Assembly (NCBI GenBank): GCA_964187785.1
Contig: OZ076409.1
Coordinates: forward strand, 4,838,001-4,902,000
Direction: 5' to 3'
DNA: 64,000 nt
Source: Amphiscolops sp. MND2022
Taxonomy: Eukaryota
In this document: in pieces, positions 1 through 14,253 of the stretch
Position numbering within the stretch: the first letter of the stretch is position 1
How the letters are laid out: the number at the start of each line of letters is the position of its first letter
Position numbers and translations under genes: made by a program
The notes under the pieces: generated by a model
What the model saw: the letters and a program-made list of their open reading frames with translations, nothing else
What the model was told of the DNA's origin: nothing
Databases searched by the model: none

Positions 1-136
1 GTGCACGTCTCTTTGCCCCCTCTGATAGGCACTGTCTTAAGTAGGAAGTCTATGCCCACAGTGGCAGGCAGTCGCTCGTCGAAAGTGTCACTGCACAGAC
101 GTTGAATGAAAGACGTTTTGCCCACAGAAGCGTCAC
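1..136 (-). CDS. Host gene exon (runs off window edge): Rab GTPase domain P-loop/switch I of a large Rab (CRACR2A/RASEF/Rab44-like)
   Basis: Acceptor ttaAG at 138-137; translates (G)DASVGKTSFIQRLCSDTFDERLPATVGIDFLLKTVPIRGGKETC, containing G1 GxxxVGKT and the Rab-type TVGIDF; joins in phase to exon 1882-2148 (...FKVVFLG|DASVGKT). Confidence 0.9.
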
Positions 137-173
137 CTTAACAATGAAGGCTCAAATGTTTACCTTCTTGGCC

Positions 174-540
174 TTTTTATTTGGCGCTTTTCTTTAGAAA
201 AGAGTCGACTATAATCATGCCTTTTTGTCAGTTTTTTTGATACACCTGAAGTGAAAATAGTTCTACCCTAAAAATTCTTCAAAATTTTAAGAAGACGCCA
301 AATGGTACCTGTTGGCCCAAGAAACTGAACCAAAAAGGTTTTTCTTTTTTTCCGCGTAAGATACAATACGGGGCGAGACTGAAAGGTCCCACCTTTGAGT
401 TCTTTCAGCATCGTGGGACTTTTTTCAAACACAATTTTCATCAAATGGTCCCCAATTCACCAATACTTTGGCACCTTGAAGTCCTTTTGCTATTTTTGAG
501 CCTTTGATATGGCGCCGACTTGGGCCGGTCCCGGCTTGTT
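174..540 (+). mobile_element. Helentron/DINE-1-like non-autonomous element (HINE)
   Basis: 5' T-run plus degenerate subTIR, 3' GGCGCCGACT plus GC hairpin plus TTGTT end. Confidence 0.7.
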
Positions 541-1881
541 CCATGAACTTTGGGAATTATGCTTTTTCTTTAGGAATTTGTTGCGAATTCAATCATTGTG
601 CTGAGATTTTGCTAAAAACTTTGAAGGCTATGGGTTCCTAGTGTTCCCGTTGAAATGTAACTCAATCAAGTAAATCACAAAACAACGTAGCGACCATGAG
701 TCTTATTCCCCCCCCCAAGCGGCCGGGGGTGGGATAATAAGAAACAAGGTTCAATTATTTCATGATGTCGAGATCGTTCGGCTGAAATTTCGGACCAATA
801 AATTATTTCATGTCACCATAATCCTTTTTCATTGATTCACATTTAACAGCTGCTCTTTTTAATTCATGGCAGAGAAAGTTTGCATTGAAATAGGGGCTTT
901 CCTGAACAATTTTACCGTGTGTCCAGGGGCGAATTTTTGCTTTTTTTGTCAAAAATTATACAAAAAGTCCAGATAATTTTCTGTTTTAAATGTCGAAACA
1001 ACTCTAGAGACAATTCACTAAGTATTCATAGGCATATCAATTCCTTTCATTCGCCCAATAAATTTTTCAAGCATAGAAGTTGTTTTTGTATGAGGTAAAG
1101 AAACAATGCACTTATCCTATTTACTTGATAAACGTAGGTGCAAATCTGTGGAAAATACTCTCATTTTCAAGTTTGTTTGAACCGTATCTCAAAAATTTTG
1201 GTGATCATGGTAAACTAAGTTGAATGAGCGGAAATATCCGAATGTGAACAAAACGCCCATTTCCATTGAGGTCTTTTTCGCAAACGTCAAAATCAAAAAA
1301 AACTTTTTGGCTGGTTTTTGTGTTTTTTGTTTCTTTCTTTTCCCGTAAGAGCACTAAAAAGAATTGGCTGTTATATTTCTACACTTTTAGTGCTATCATG
1401 TACTAAATCATAACAAGCAGGGCCCAAATCGGTGCTCCCTCAAATTGCAAAACATCTCAAGTTTCTTGAATATGCAAAACCAATATTTTTAAACTTTTAA
1501 GAATTTCTCAGTGCCAAAAATACCCCAAGGGATATGCATAAGACTCGGCAACTACTTTTTTCCCAACTGGAAACACAAAAAATTCATATTTTGAAAAATT
1601 ATGTTTTTTCATTTTTTTCGGAAGAATTTCATGGTTTTCCAAAATTGCATTCTCCACAATCATTAAGAAAACTCATCAGTTCCACAGGATCAAAAAATAA
1701 CAAAGAAGAGTTCTCCCTTAAGACTCGGAAAACAGGTTTCGTTCGAAGAAACCACCCCCAACTCCCAAAAAAAATGTACAGAAAAAATATTCTACTTTTG
1801 TTTTCCATTTTTTATTTCGGTAAGTCGTATGTATATGACGTCATTCGTGGCTAATTGAATGTTTTCACAGCACTCACAAAC

Positions 1882-2148
1882 CCAGGAAGACGACTTTGAA
1901 GACCTTGCTCCTGCAGCCGGCACTGTGCAGCTGGGTGGTGCTCTCGACCTCCCGGATGTGCTTCTCGAAGGTGTCTCTGATGTCATTGGCCGACACCAGC
2001 GACAGAGTCGAGTCCGTGGTGCAGCTGCGTCTGACGTCATTCGGAGCAGTGACGTCATCGTCCGCTGTCCTGGAAGTCGAGGTGGTCGAGGATCTGTGTC
2101 TGCTGCTGTTTCTAGGGTCCAGAATCCAGAACTCGTCTTCTTGAAGAC
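1882..2148 (-). CDS. Host gene exon: Ser/Thr-rich linker and first beta-strand of Rab domain
   Basis: Acceptor ttttcactgcatgtAG, donor G|GTTTGT; phase 1/1; GLQEDEFW...CRSKVFKVVFLG; GC-richer than flanks. Confidence 0.85.
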
Positions 2149-5100
2149 CTACATGCAGTGAAAAGAGATGCATTTTGTTGTATTCCACTGCTGCTTTAGA
2201 CATAACAAGACGGGAACGGCCCAAGTCGGCGCCATATCTAAGGCTCAAAAAATAGCAAAAGGACTTCAAAGTGTCAAGCATTCTCTATTACAGTACCCGA
2301 AAAACCCAAAAAGTTGGACCGAATTGGCGCGCTAAAAGGGGGACTCTTTCGGATTCTTTAACATCCGTTGTTGCAAAACATCAAAAATTTGAAGGACCCT
2401 TTGGAGAGAAAACTTTTTTTCGAAAAAAAGTCTCACAATGCCGAAAAAAACTGAAAGGGGGCATTGAAAAGAGACTTAGTAGTAAAAATTGAATTTGCAA
2501 ATGACAACAAAAAAAGTCGTCTACCACCAGCCATAATGACAGATTCTATACTTTTCGGCAACGAGGCAAAAGGTCTCTTTATGAATTGTGCATCGATTCG
2601 ATCCCACTTGACCGATTCGAGGCATATCAAAAGTTGTATCAATTGATTGAGATTGAAATTAGTGTGTCTAAATGAGAGATATTTTTTGAACCAAATGGTT
2701 GTTTCTCAATGGTATGAAAAAATATTCATCCGGAAGTTAAAGCGGAACTAGAAAACTGAATGATAGAGAAACCGTGAAAAGTTTGTTCTTTTACTACGAA
2801 AACTTTTTTCCACGACTGTATATGCAATAAAAAAAGATGCATTCTGTTGTATTCTAGTGCTGCCATAGATTTGAAAACAACAGATACTAAAATAATCTCT
2901 TGTCTTTGCGTGTCTGAAGTGGTGAGCGGGAACAACGTATAAGGAATAACGTCTAAATTCAAAGAGAGAGTAAGGTCTAAAGCAAAGTCAAGCTAATTCC
3001 CTGTTAAAACATTGAATTTCAGACGTTATACTTTTAGGCATTTTTATCGAAGCACTTTTAGACGTGCCACAGCCCGCTCCCCGACTGGGTTGCAACTGTA
3101 AAAGAGTCAGCAACGGGAGAGGAACGGATGCATGTCGAAATCAACAAGATCGTACTATTAAACTCATAAACATTTAGTAAAAATAAACTGTGACTTAGGA
3201 GAAAATAATAAACCAATTCTAGAAGATCTAAATTGAAAATGATAACCAAAAGGAACAGAATGAAATAATTTTAAACGTTTTTGCTGAGAAGCCTAAGTCG
3301 CGTAAAGATAAGTCCCTTCTCCACATGAAGTCTTATTTGAAACAAGTTTTCCTAAAGAATATACCCAAATCTAAACTGAAAATTACATAGGAAGTTACAG
3401 AACAATGCATTACGCCTACTCTGAGAAAGGCAGCTTAATTGCACTTTTAAAGGCAATAAATGCGCATTAGAACTACGATGCGTCGCTAAGTGAACAAATA
3501 TAGCAACGCCAACCAAAATTGTTATGCTTGTGACGTTTTATACAACGAGCCGGTTCTGAAAGATTACTATGTAATGTCACAGCTTTGTTGAGGTATAGCT
3601 AGATTTCATTCCAAGTTTTGGTCAACGCTACGTAACTACTACGGCAGCTAGCTAGATTTCATTCCAAATCTTGGTCAACTCTACGTCGCGAATTAATTAA
3701 ATTAGGCGTGTTAGCTATAATCAAACTTATGAAAATGGAATTCTGATAACGCAACTCAGAGAGAAATTAGATTGCAAACACGTCTTGATCATACCAGCTA
3801 TCAGAATTATGTAATGGCAGTAAGACCATTTTTCACGCACGCATTCTAACTTGAGAGTATTTTTTCTATGGCTCGTAAATGAGGAGTCACAGTTTATAAA
3901 CTTGATGAAGCAGTATGAAAGTGTTTTCAAAATTCAAGAACATTTTATAATCGTGCCGTTTTTGAATGCTGTTGCTGTTTATATTGGTGCCAAATCAGAA
4001 CGTCTGTCGTCACTGCGTCGTGACTCTATTTGAACCTGACGTTAAAGGTAAATTCCTCTAAAACGTTAATGTTGCGCTTTGTAATTCTTGCCGTTTGCAA
4101 GTTCGTATGATTTGATACGTATTATACAAAACCGATTGCTGTTCAGTTTTGCGACTGATTGAAATATTCTATGCTCCTATCATGTATTCGACAATGGTTC
4201 TCTGTTTGCGTCACCATGTCGTCCATTATCATGACCAAAAATGACGTTAATGCATAATATTTAGTACAATGTTTTGAACGTTGGATATTTTCTATGAATT
4301 TTTTGAGCAATCCTCAAACAGTGCTTCCGTTCTTATGTACATGTTGAAATTGATGTTGGTATTGATGCCCCGTCGCCACTGTTTAGAAATGTTGCCTCGA
4401 TTAGTGATTGATTGACGTAGTCACTTTGTCAACCAGTATTTTGTTTGGTACAACACTGTAAATGAAGTGTAGCATATGTTAATTTCTGTATTATTGTTTT
4501 ATCCAGGACAATTAAGTACTCGATATTTATAACAAAATATATTTCGCTTCCCTAGCATCATTCGGATAGTAGTTTGAGGATTAGTCATAGTGTTTCTCAA
4601 GTTGAAATTCAAAATCAGGTATTAGTTGCTCACGCCAGCGATATCTCGCTCAAATATCCCGCGAACCAAAGCGGTAAAATAGGGGAAACATTTCCGTTTT
4701 GAGAGGTTGAAGCAAAATCTATTCCTGCTTGGAATGAAATGAAAAGGACGCCGGAATGAAATGATATAATCATGTGTGATGACTAATATCAGAATAAGGA
4801 TCTTGTGACTAAATTTTGACGAAATAATGACGTTAAATTGGGAATCTAATTGAGTTACCCCGAAAATACGGGAAATGACTAATTGTTCGAGGAAAATTTT
4901 GGTACGCTATTGTGATCAAATGATGCTAGGAGGTTATTTATAGCTCGAATTTGTAAAAATCATTCATTCCCCTATGTGATCTCACATCGAACACAACTAT
5001 GTTTTCTTAAAACTATATTTCTACGGAATTCAATTCAAAATCGACGAACTCGGAAATCGTTTCATCAAGATGTCAACGAGAATTCAAATGAGAAGAAATA

Positions 5101-6532
5101 TTCTTCAAGAAAGTAACGAAAATGAAGATTGAAGCACAGGATTTGGTTCTTTTTTGGTTGAAAATGGAGGTTTAGTAGAACAGGTTGTCTTGATAGCGGC
5201 CCCCTCACGCTAAGTCTCCGATAGTTGAAAACAGCACTTTAGAGAGTCTGACTGCCTCTTTGAAAGAGGAAATAATTTTCGAAATCAAGAATCTACTCGT
5301 GGAATCTCAGTGAGAATCGTTGAAACTACTAAAACCTAAAACAGGATAATGTAACAACGAGGAGGATGAAACATTGCTTGAAAGTGAAACAAGAAGTTTC
5401 CACACTCCTACCAAATTTGTTTGAATTGGTAACGTTCAAAACAACGACCCTAACCTTAGTTGTAACAAGACGATATTGCTTAGATGTTATTCGCGCAACT
5501 AGCCTAAAATCTAAATCAAGGAGAACATAATTAGATATATCTAAATTTTATATCCGAAGTTTTTTGTTCGTCAACAGTAGCAGGAATTGTCTGTGACCGA
5601 ACCTCGGTAAAAGTCAAAAGTGACGGTTGAACCGCATACAGATTTTATTTGGCAGGACAGAAAAAAGTGTGAAAACTTTTACTTTTTCACCACGCTTGTC
5701 AAAAAAGTGGAAGATTAGGTATCTTTTTCAGTAGCTTCATTTCATTTTGTCATTTTTGTCGTTTTAAAAACTATTCCAAGAGACAAAGTTAACACAAAGG
5801 GATCTATTGATTCCATTGTAAATGCTTCGCAAAAGTTTACAAAAAACGTTTTTTTAACTAATTTGAAAAATGTTGACTCTGTCGAAAACACTCGTGAGTT
5901 CGAATAAAACCACAACCCTCTCTAACTGTCGGGTTTTCTTCCTACAAAACGATCTGAAAACTCTTGACCTTTTTCTCATTAAGAGTTCTATTTTAGCGGA
6001 CATTGACTTCAAGACGGTATCGTCTCTAGTTGGCGACCCGCTGCAGGCTCAAAACGAAAAAAGTCTCATAGTCTCCTTATTACGATAATGCTCAGATTGT
6101 TCGGAAATTCGGAAATTTCTCACAGTTCCGAAAAACTATTCAAAGGAGGACCTAAATTTCTCCTTAGATTGTTGTGATACATTTACCAAAAAGAGAACCA
6201 TTCGATGCGGGGTTGGTTCTCTCACTAACCAGAACGAACTTGCCACTCTAAAAGTAGGAAAGCGTTCTTGAACCTCAACACGCCCTTTCATAACTGAAAA
6301 CAATGAGCAACGACAGTATCTGCTGACTTTCTAAAAAGAGATAACAAAAATTTTTCGAGCTTCATTCGTGACTAAGCTCATTGCATGGGAACGTGTATAG
6401 TGTTCCAGGATTGTTAAGAAAGTGTATAAAAAGTCAAAAGTACGTATTAAACTGAGTCACCCTAGATAAGTCTCATGGCGGCGGAGAAACACTTTACAAA
6501 AACAAAAGTGCAAATAATTCCAACCAGCTTTT

Positions 6533-7530
6533 TCCCTCTTACTAGCATCTTGGCTGTCTTGGCAAGATCTTGCCAAATTCTTACTACATCTTGGCAACCA
6601 TGGGTCCCATGGCAAGATTCTTACTAAGATCTTACTAAGATAATACATTATTCCAAGATCGTATCTTATCACGACCGACAAAATTCTAAGATTATAAAAA
6701 ACACTATACCTTCGCTACAAGCGGCCGAGACTCAATCTGAAGGCTCATTACACCCAACACCGACTATTTATACTATTTTCATAATCAAAATGTTCCAACC
6801 GCTGAAAAAATTATGCATGCAAAATTGTGCGAAAATTACGATAACGTATTCTGGCTTCCGAAATTCTGACAAGAATCCTAATAACTCCTTACCTGTTTAA
6901 GACAGAAATGCCGAATGTTCCATTTGAAAGGTCATTTCAAGGGCTTTTCAAAACTTGTAACTTGTCACTCCTGCCAATTTCAGAGAAAGAGAAAAATACC
7001 CTCAAACGTCCAAAGCCACTTTCGGAAAGTTACTCAGGGAACACTAAGAAATTCGGTTGTACTTTTGTTAATTCATATCTCCAGCTTTCTTTGAGCCTGT
7101 TTCAGCAGCCTTATTACTGTTAGACACGACGGTCATGGTACCATTATGGGTAATGATTCAGATCGAGGCTTATCTGACGCCGTTGTTGGCGACAGTATTG
7201 CATTGACAGAACAATTTAATCAGTGCCTACCTAAACATCATCAGGATTCTTCATTCAAACTTTGTACCTTGCGAACAGAAAACTGTCATGTCTAACTATG
7301 TAAATCTGCATAGGTGTTGATTTTTGTTGACTTCCTTTCAGATTTTTTCTGGCTAAAAAAGATTTTACAATAAAATTTTTCTTGGGAACATGGCTCTCTT
7401 GATAAGATCGAACCATGGCAAAAAGAATACCATGGCAAGACCTTGGCAAGATGTTGGCCAAGATTGTTCCAAGATATTGCCAAGCTCTTGCTTAGATCTC
7501 ACTAAGATATCCACGGAGGGTCTCCCCGGG
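6533..7530. mobile_element. MITE family copy (TIR CCCGGGTTGACCCTC type)
   Basis: Collinear with 62710-63457; right end gagggtctccccggg; another right end at 9450-9600. Confidence 0.7.
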
Positions 7531-9009
7531 CAACAATTCCGCCAAAAATAATGGCTTTGGTTCGTGAGAAACTGTTAAAAACAGGAAAAAAGCTGATTAT
7601 CGTTGACGCTTTTTGCCTTAATGCATCTCAATCTCCATTAAATACATTAGTGTTATTCAACACTTCAAATCATTTTTCTATATATTTTTAGTTATATAAA
7701 TGCAATTAGAATAATGCTTGCCTTTCAGGAATTGAAGACAACTTGTTACGTCATTGATCCATCGACGATCACATGCGTCACTCATTTATTGACTACGTAT
7801 GTCATTGGAGCATAATTGCAAAAAAGTGAATATTTCTCGGGAGGTTCTTCGGTTCTTTTCTCGTTTTTCCCCCAACCACCAAGCTTTTATTCGAAAAATC
7901 AGTGAAACTAGGCTCTTTTCTGTTTCCCCCACCACCAAAATTTTTGGAAGTAAATTTCTCTAAAAATATTATACCAACCTAATTAAAAGTGAAACCTTTT
8001 TTCATAACGGGAAGCTAACGTCTATTAGAACAGTTTTTTGCATGAACAAAACATTGTTCACGCATTTTGACTGTACTTATGTTCGTATTAATTGACGACT
8101 CAAAACAGGAAGCTGTTGATTTCCTTATCAAAAATGCGTGACTACATACTGAAAAAGTGTGAACAAAGTTTGTTTTTGAATCCTAAACTGTAACACTAAG
8201 AATAAATCTAAATTTGAATCTTTCTGGTTTGTATTCAAATCTTTTTGTTATTGGATTTTCACTAATTTTCCAAAAAAAATGGTGTTGGGGGACATAAAGG
8301 AGCCTGAAACTATTATAACAAAAAAACTGAATACCAAACCAAATTTGAAATACAATTCCAAGGTGTGAATTTAGGATCCAGATATGAATTTTGTCCACGC
8401 TATTTTTAATTGAGAAACGCATTGTTGATAAAGAAATCAGCATCTTCCTGTTTTGAGCCACAAAAAAAAACGATTAACTTTCAACATAATCACAGTAAAA
8501 ATGCCCAAGGAATGTTTTGTTCAAATAAAAAACTGTTATGGAAAAATATTTCAGTTTTAACCGAGCCAGTTAGAAAAATGTACAGTATGTTTTACCACCC
8601 CTCCCCCAAGCGGCCGCGGGTGGATAAGAAACAAGGTTCGAATACGATTATACTGATATCGTCTACGTTGAAAATTTGGTCCAATAAAGTAATTGATGTG
8701 GGCATAGTCCTATCTTTTTCATTGACTGCCAGTTAAAATTGCTCAATAGATTTTATCGCGGAGAAAACTTGCGTTGAAACAGTGTCTCTTTATACGATTC
8801 TGTCTTGTTCCAAGAGTGAATTGTTGATATTTTGGACAACAATATCGAATAAATACGGTCATATATTTGGTCTTTAATTAGGGTCATTTTTTGCTTGAAG
8901 TGTCAAAACAGCTGTAAAGACAATAAACCATATCTTTACTTCATATAATAATCTTTCATTAGTGAAATAATTTAGTTCATTAGTGAAGAATAAAATGTAC
9001 TCTCGGGTT

Positions 9010-9220
9010 GGGGGATTCGAAACAATGTGTACCTGGGGGATTCGAAACAATGTGTACCTGGGGGATTCGAAACAATGTGTACCTGGGGGATTCGAAACAA
9101 TGTGTACCTTTTGGATTCGAAACAATGTGTACCTGGAGGATTCGAAACAATGTGTACCTGGGAGATTCGAAACAATGTGTACCTGGGGGGATCCGAAACA
9201 ATGCGTAACTGGGGGGATTC
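9010..9220. repeat. 25-bp tandem repeat, about 8 copies
   Basis: Unit ggggattcgaaacaatgtgtacctg; explains the multiple repetitive ORFs at 8874-9446. Confidence 0.95.
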
Positions 9221-11220
9221 TCAAATAAGACGCATGGTACAAAATTTTCAAAAAATCTTTACAAAATTTTTGATGGTGGGGGACAGAAAAAAACCCTTTC
9301 CTCTAATTTTTTCAATCAATATGCCGCCTTCTTTGCGCTTTTTGAGTCTTAGATATAGCGCCGACTGTAGACGTTCCTGTCTTGTTTTGTCATACGCTAT
9401 ACTCAATTCTGAAAACAAGCTTATATCGCCAATAATCTTTGAATAATAACGGCTCTCTTGTTAAGATCTTACCATGGCAAAATGAATACCATGGCAAGAT
9501 CTTGACAAGATCTTAGCCAAGATTGTTCTAAGACCTTGACAAGATCTTGACAAGATCTTGCCAAGATCTTACTAAGATATCCATTGAGGGTCAACCCGGG
9601 AACCTTTTTTACCGATATTTTCTTATGCTACCGATATTTTCTCTTTTCATGCAAAGAAAGAAACCCGCATCAGCAGATTCGTATTTTTTTGTTCAGTTTT
9701 TGTCAATCACAGCACTTGAAAAATATGAATTTGCCAAGAAGTGAGGAGTTGTTTTGTTGTTTTTGGAAATCAAGTAACGTTACTTAATTTTTTTTGCAAA
9801 AAGCACGCAAAACTTACGTAGAATTTCTAAAGCTGTATATTTAACGTAGAACTTCTGATAAATTGCCCAGAACACAAAACGCGCGAAGTTTTAGGAGTTT
9901 GTTTTTGAAAACCCAAGTTCCAAACAATATCCTTTGAGCTTGAAAAAACTTTCCTCAACTCGAAATGACAAAACAAAAGGGAATACTTATGCGAAAAAAA
10001 ATGAAAAACGTCGCCCTCTGGCGTAATTATGAGAGCTTACACTTTTCCAGTACTGCTCCAATGGTCGAATGTTTTTATGATTACAAGCAAACCAATGATT
10101 CATTTAACAAATGGATAAAGCGTCTAATATTGAACTTTAGAGTTCAGTGAAACCTTTTTTCCCAATAATTGTTAATGCATTGAACAATTGATACCCAAAC
10201 CTTTCACATCAAATTGATGCATACTACGTCATATGGATGTTGTAAGGCTTTCCAGTGTCATTGAGGGAACACGTTTTTTGATGATGAGTACATAATGAGA
10301 CCAAAAAAACGAATGCAACATAAATAAAATGAAGTACTGTCTAATGGATGGCTGTTGTTTACCTGATTCATTGATCATGAAAGCCATTAAATAACTTCAT
10401 TACACTACTTGAATGTGAACACAAGAAAAAAGATACAATCTCACGTAATTGACTTCACGGTTCTAACAACAATAACTACATTCATGCAAACTTTTGCATG
10501 TTTCTGATCTACAAAAACGTTAATTTCTTTCCAGTAGTGACATTTGTAATGAGAACATCCCAAAGGAAGAGATAGTTAAACTGACGTAATTTTATCAAGA
10601 TTGGAACTTTTGTGTCCTAATACATTTTTCAGTTTCTTTTTCTGTACATGAAAAAATTTGAAAATGAACATCGACCAAGTTGGGTTTCATTTCTTTTTGG
10701 TACAGAGGTTATTTGGTTTAGTTGGAATCTGGCTGTCGAAGGTTCGAGTCCCTGCTTCTGCCAGAAATTTTTTCGTGCATTTGCAAGACCGGACGAGACT
10801 CAAGGGTCCTCTCTTTCGATTTTTTGGCTTCGTGTGCCTTCCTCAAAAATTTTAACATCTCTCCAAAAGTTCCCCTTTCATTTTTTCCATCTTCTGCAAC
10901 ACCGGCATTTTCAAAAAGTCCAAAGTGTCTCCCCTCTTACAATTTTGGCATTGGGAGATTTTTCAAAATGAATGTTTTTCGTCTTACAATTTTGATAAAA
11001 TTTTAACAATAGTGTCTTTTGCATATTTAAAAACTTTACACTTTTGAACCTTGACTAGGGCGCCGACTTGGGTCTTTACCGGCTTTTTTCAACCCATGGT
11101 ATCAGGGTTAAACGTACCATGGAGTTCCATATATTTCATTATATAAAATTATAGGTTTCTTACAAAAGTTTGATGATTTTCCGATACAGCAATGGCGAAG
11201 AATTATGAAACTTGACGCTT

Positions 11221-11971
11221 CCCAGCGATCGAAGACATGGTACGCTTGCCAAGAACCATGGCAAATCGCTAGCTAACCTGGCAAGATAATTATGCAAGAT
11301 CGTGCCAAGCGTACCATGTTTTACCATGATCTTGGCAAGGATGCCAAGATTAACCATGTTCTTGACAAGGGTTCCATGGTAGCAAATCTTTTTGGTAACT
11401 CTTATTTGTTAATTCTATTTATTTTTATTGCATCGATTTCTATTGCATTTTCGAACTTCAGTTATTTCAACACGTTACCTCAATAGGTTAGGTATAAGCA
11501 AGATTAACAAATCATAACTAGAAAAGTTGGGTTTTCACACCAATATTTCAAACCCGCAAGTTGCAATAACTTGATTCGGAGCTCGCTTTGTATGATAATT
11601 AATGATAGTAGTAACGATTCCGTGCCTCAAGTAACAAAACTCGGTCAATAGGTGCAGCGAATTATTGAGAAGTGTTGTATACTTTTCAGTTTACAAAACT
11701 TGTTTCGATAAATAAAGGTCAAGTCCGAAGTTATCACAACGGCCTATTCAGAAATTAGAGACGACAAGAAATTTTTATGAAAAGAATAAATCATACAATT
11801 ATGCAGCTAACATGTTTTACCATGGTTATCTTGCCATGATTTTGCCATGATCTTGACAAGCATTCCATGTATCATGATTAGCCATGATCTTGACAAGGGT
11901 ACCATGGTTAACCATGATTTAGTAAGATTAACCATGATCTTGGCAAGCGTAGCGTGTCTTCGACCGCTGGG
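11221..11971. mobile_element. MITE with CCC...GGG termini and ccatg/cttggcaag subterminal repeats
   Basis: cccagcgatcgaagaca / tgtcttcgaccgctggg imperfect TIR; TT on both flanks. Confidence 0.7.
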
Positions 11972-12892
11972 TTCAGTGGTAAATGCGAAATAGTTTTGCA
12001 CTAGGACGAGCGATCTGTTTTTCGGATAATTGATTGTTTGTCGAAAGAAACAAAACAAAAAGCAATGTTTGTCTTCAAACGATTCCAATCAAAACGGTCT
12101 TCATAAAACCCAGAGTTGAAAGTCACAGAAATGAAACTTTCCAGAAAGAGGAAGCTTGATAACTTTTGGATTCTGTGCTTTGAAAAATATTTGAAAAACT
12201 GTGATACATTTCAAACTCTTTTGGAAAAAATTTTCGAAGCTAGAAAACGTGAATCATTGAACCGAACTGGTTGAAACAAAAGTCTGGTTTTCATAAAGAG
12301 TCGTATTTTGTACAATTATTTTATAGCGCCAACTAATAGATTGTCCGAACTCAAAATTTTTCTTCGAAAATAAACGAACGGAGTTTCAAAATTAATATAG
12401 AAAAAATCAACTCTTACACTTGTATGAGAATTTTTCTAGCAAAAAGATATCCTTGTGTTTTGTCGATGTTAAAGCCCTGTCGAAAGGGTTGTCTTTTAGA
12501 GATCTTTTTAGATGTTTACTGTTCAATCCACAGTAGGCGCGATGATTTTAATTTACACCACCAAGAATCTTACAGATTTTCAAACATTTTCTGTACAGAT
12601 TTTAGGGAACTTTTTGGGAGCTCTTAGGGAACCAATGCCCTGAATTTTTGGGCTTCAACTATTTTTTCAAGTATTTTAGCTGACCAAGACTCAGTCAGTT
12701 GAAAGTCTCCATCACAGATTCGCACAGAAACTTTTAAAAGACTTCAATTAAGAGATGTCTTTATCTTGTAGAGCACTTTTTAATCAACTGATTTCAATTT
12801 TAAAACTGTATTTACGACTAGGCAGTTTTCGACAAATCCTGGAATATCTGTCAGGATCTGTACAGATTCGCAAGGAGTGCTCAACATGGGAA

Positions 12893-13161
12893 CCCGTGTC
12901 AAAATTCATGTCTTCCATGCGATTCGATGCATGGAACCATATGGTTCCATACGATAATTTCATGCCGTTTCCATGCATGGAATCGCATGGAATCATATGG
13001 TTCCATGCACTTCCATGTATGGAATCATATGATTCCATGCATGGAATTGCATGGAAGGTCTGTAGGCCATGGTTCCATGCATGGAATCGTATGGAATCAT
13101 ACGGACGACCTGTGCGTCCATGCATGGAATTGCATGGAAGCCTTATGAATTTGGTTCCAGG
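12893..13161. repeat. Palindromic-unit repeat (ccatgcatggaa), probable small MITE
   Basis: Dense ttccatgcatggaa / catatgg units with loosely inverted ends. Confidence 0.6.
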
Positions 13162-13190
13162 AAAAGATCTCGTTTAGCAATTAGTCTCAC

Positions 13191-13502
13191 CCAAAATGGA
13201 ATTGGAACTCTGGGGTGGCTCGTCCATGTCATCTATGAGGTTGATGGCATCGGAGCTCCGGGTGAATTTGGCAAAAAGGGAGCGACTCCCCCCACTGGCT
13301 CCGCCAGACCTGCCCCCCGGTTTGTATCTGGAAGGGGCTCCGGCGGACGTGCCAGATGACGACGACACCTTGTGTTGGGTGCTAGCTTTGCTCCAGTACT
13401 GGTTGAAGTTTTCCAACTCGTCTTTTTCGTCCATCAGCCGTTCTTTCTCTCGTTTCAGCTCCTCTATCTGCGCCAGAAGTTCTTCTCTCGATTGCGAAGC
13501 TT
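13191..13502 (-). CDS. Host gene exon: end of coiled coil plus Gly/Ser linker
   Basis: Acceptor ttttcgttgcAG, donor G|GTGAGA; phase 1/1; ASQSREELLAQIEELKREKERLMDEKDELE...SSNSILG; in phase with neighbouring exons. Confidence 0.85.
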
Positions 13503-14253
13503 CTGCAACGAAAAATATTTGGTTTAGTGCGGGACTCGAACCCACCTACTCCTGCTTCTCGGACCTCAGAAAATCCGAGTTAACCTCTATGCCAAGTGTA
13601 AGCTAGAATATACAAGTTCTTATGACCTTATAGAAATTCACAAACCCGTCAGTTCGTCCGTCTTTTAAAAAAGTCACCACTACAGTCTGCTCGTTCTATG
13701 AAAGCGACGACTAAAATTAGCACTTCTTCTAATTCTCAATCCCAAATATTCCGATTTATGCAGAAATAATGAAAAAAAATGATAACTTAACTGCTGACTC
13801 TGTCGTGAATTTAAGTGATGTTATCAAGATATAAAATGAAATTTGTGATTTAGCAAGACGAAATAATATTTTTGTTCAGCAAAACAGTCACCGCAATTGC
13901 GTACAGAAAAGTTAGAAATTGACACCAGGGGCGGGGAATTTTCAACAGAATTTAGCTCTATTTTTTCTATTTCTATTCCCACTATTTTCTGAAGTTTTTG
14001 TTTTTTCTTGGAAAAACTCCTCGAGTGTATTTTTAAAAACGTTTTGACGATTTTCATCAGTTCAAAAAAAGTCGTGTTTTTTCGGTGTTTTGCGTTGTTT
14101 TATTTCATGAAATATTGATCCGTTTCGCTTCGGAAGCAATTTAGAATCTGATATGATAGCAATGGCTCAAATTAGAAGCCTTGAGTATTCTCAAAAAACT
14201 TCAAAATTGTTTGAAATTTATAGTTTTTTAGAGACGAAAAATGTAGAACTTAC

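Noticed and set aside
2990..3096. Possible extra host exon (minus strand, after cttttacAG)
   Set aside because: No clear donor or phase fit; cannot be supported without transcripts.
3150..5600. Possible solo LTR or old retroelement remnant
   Set aside because: No partner repeat, TSD or coding motif could be found in the window.
5860..6045. Possible extra host exon (minus strand, after ctgcAG)
   Set aside because: No convincing donor, no family resemblance, and the flanking exons already join in phase.
8874..9446. Several overlapping repetitive ORFs / possible CRISPR array
   Set aside because: All arise from a spacer-less 25-bp tandem repeat.
12755..13177. His/Trp/Met-rich ORFs on both strands
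   Set aside because: Translation of palindromic ccatgcatgg repeats.
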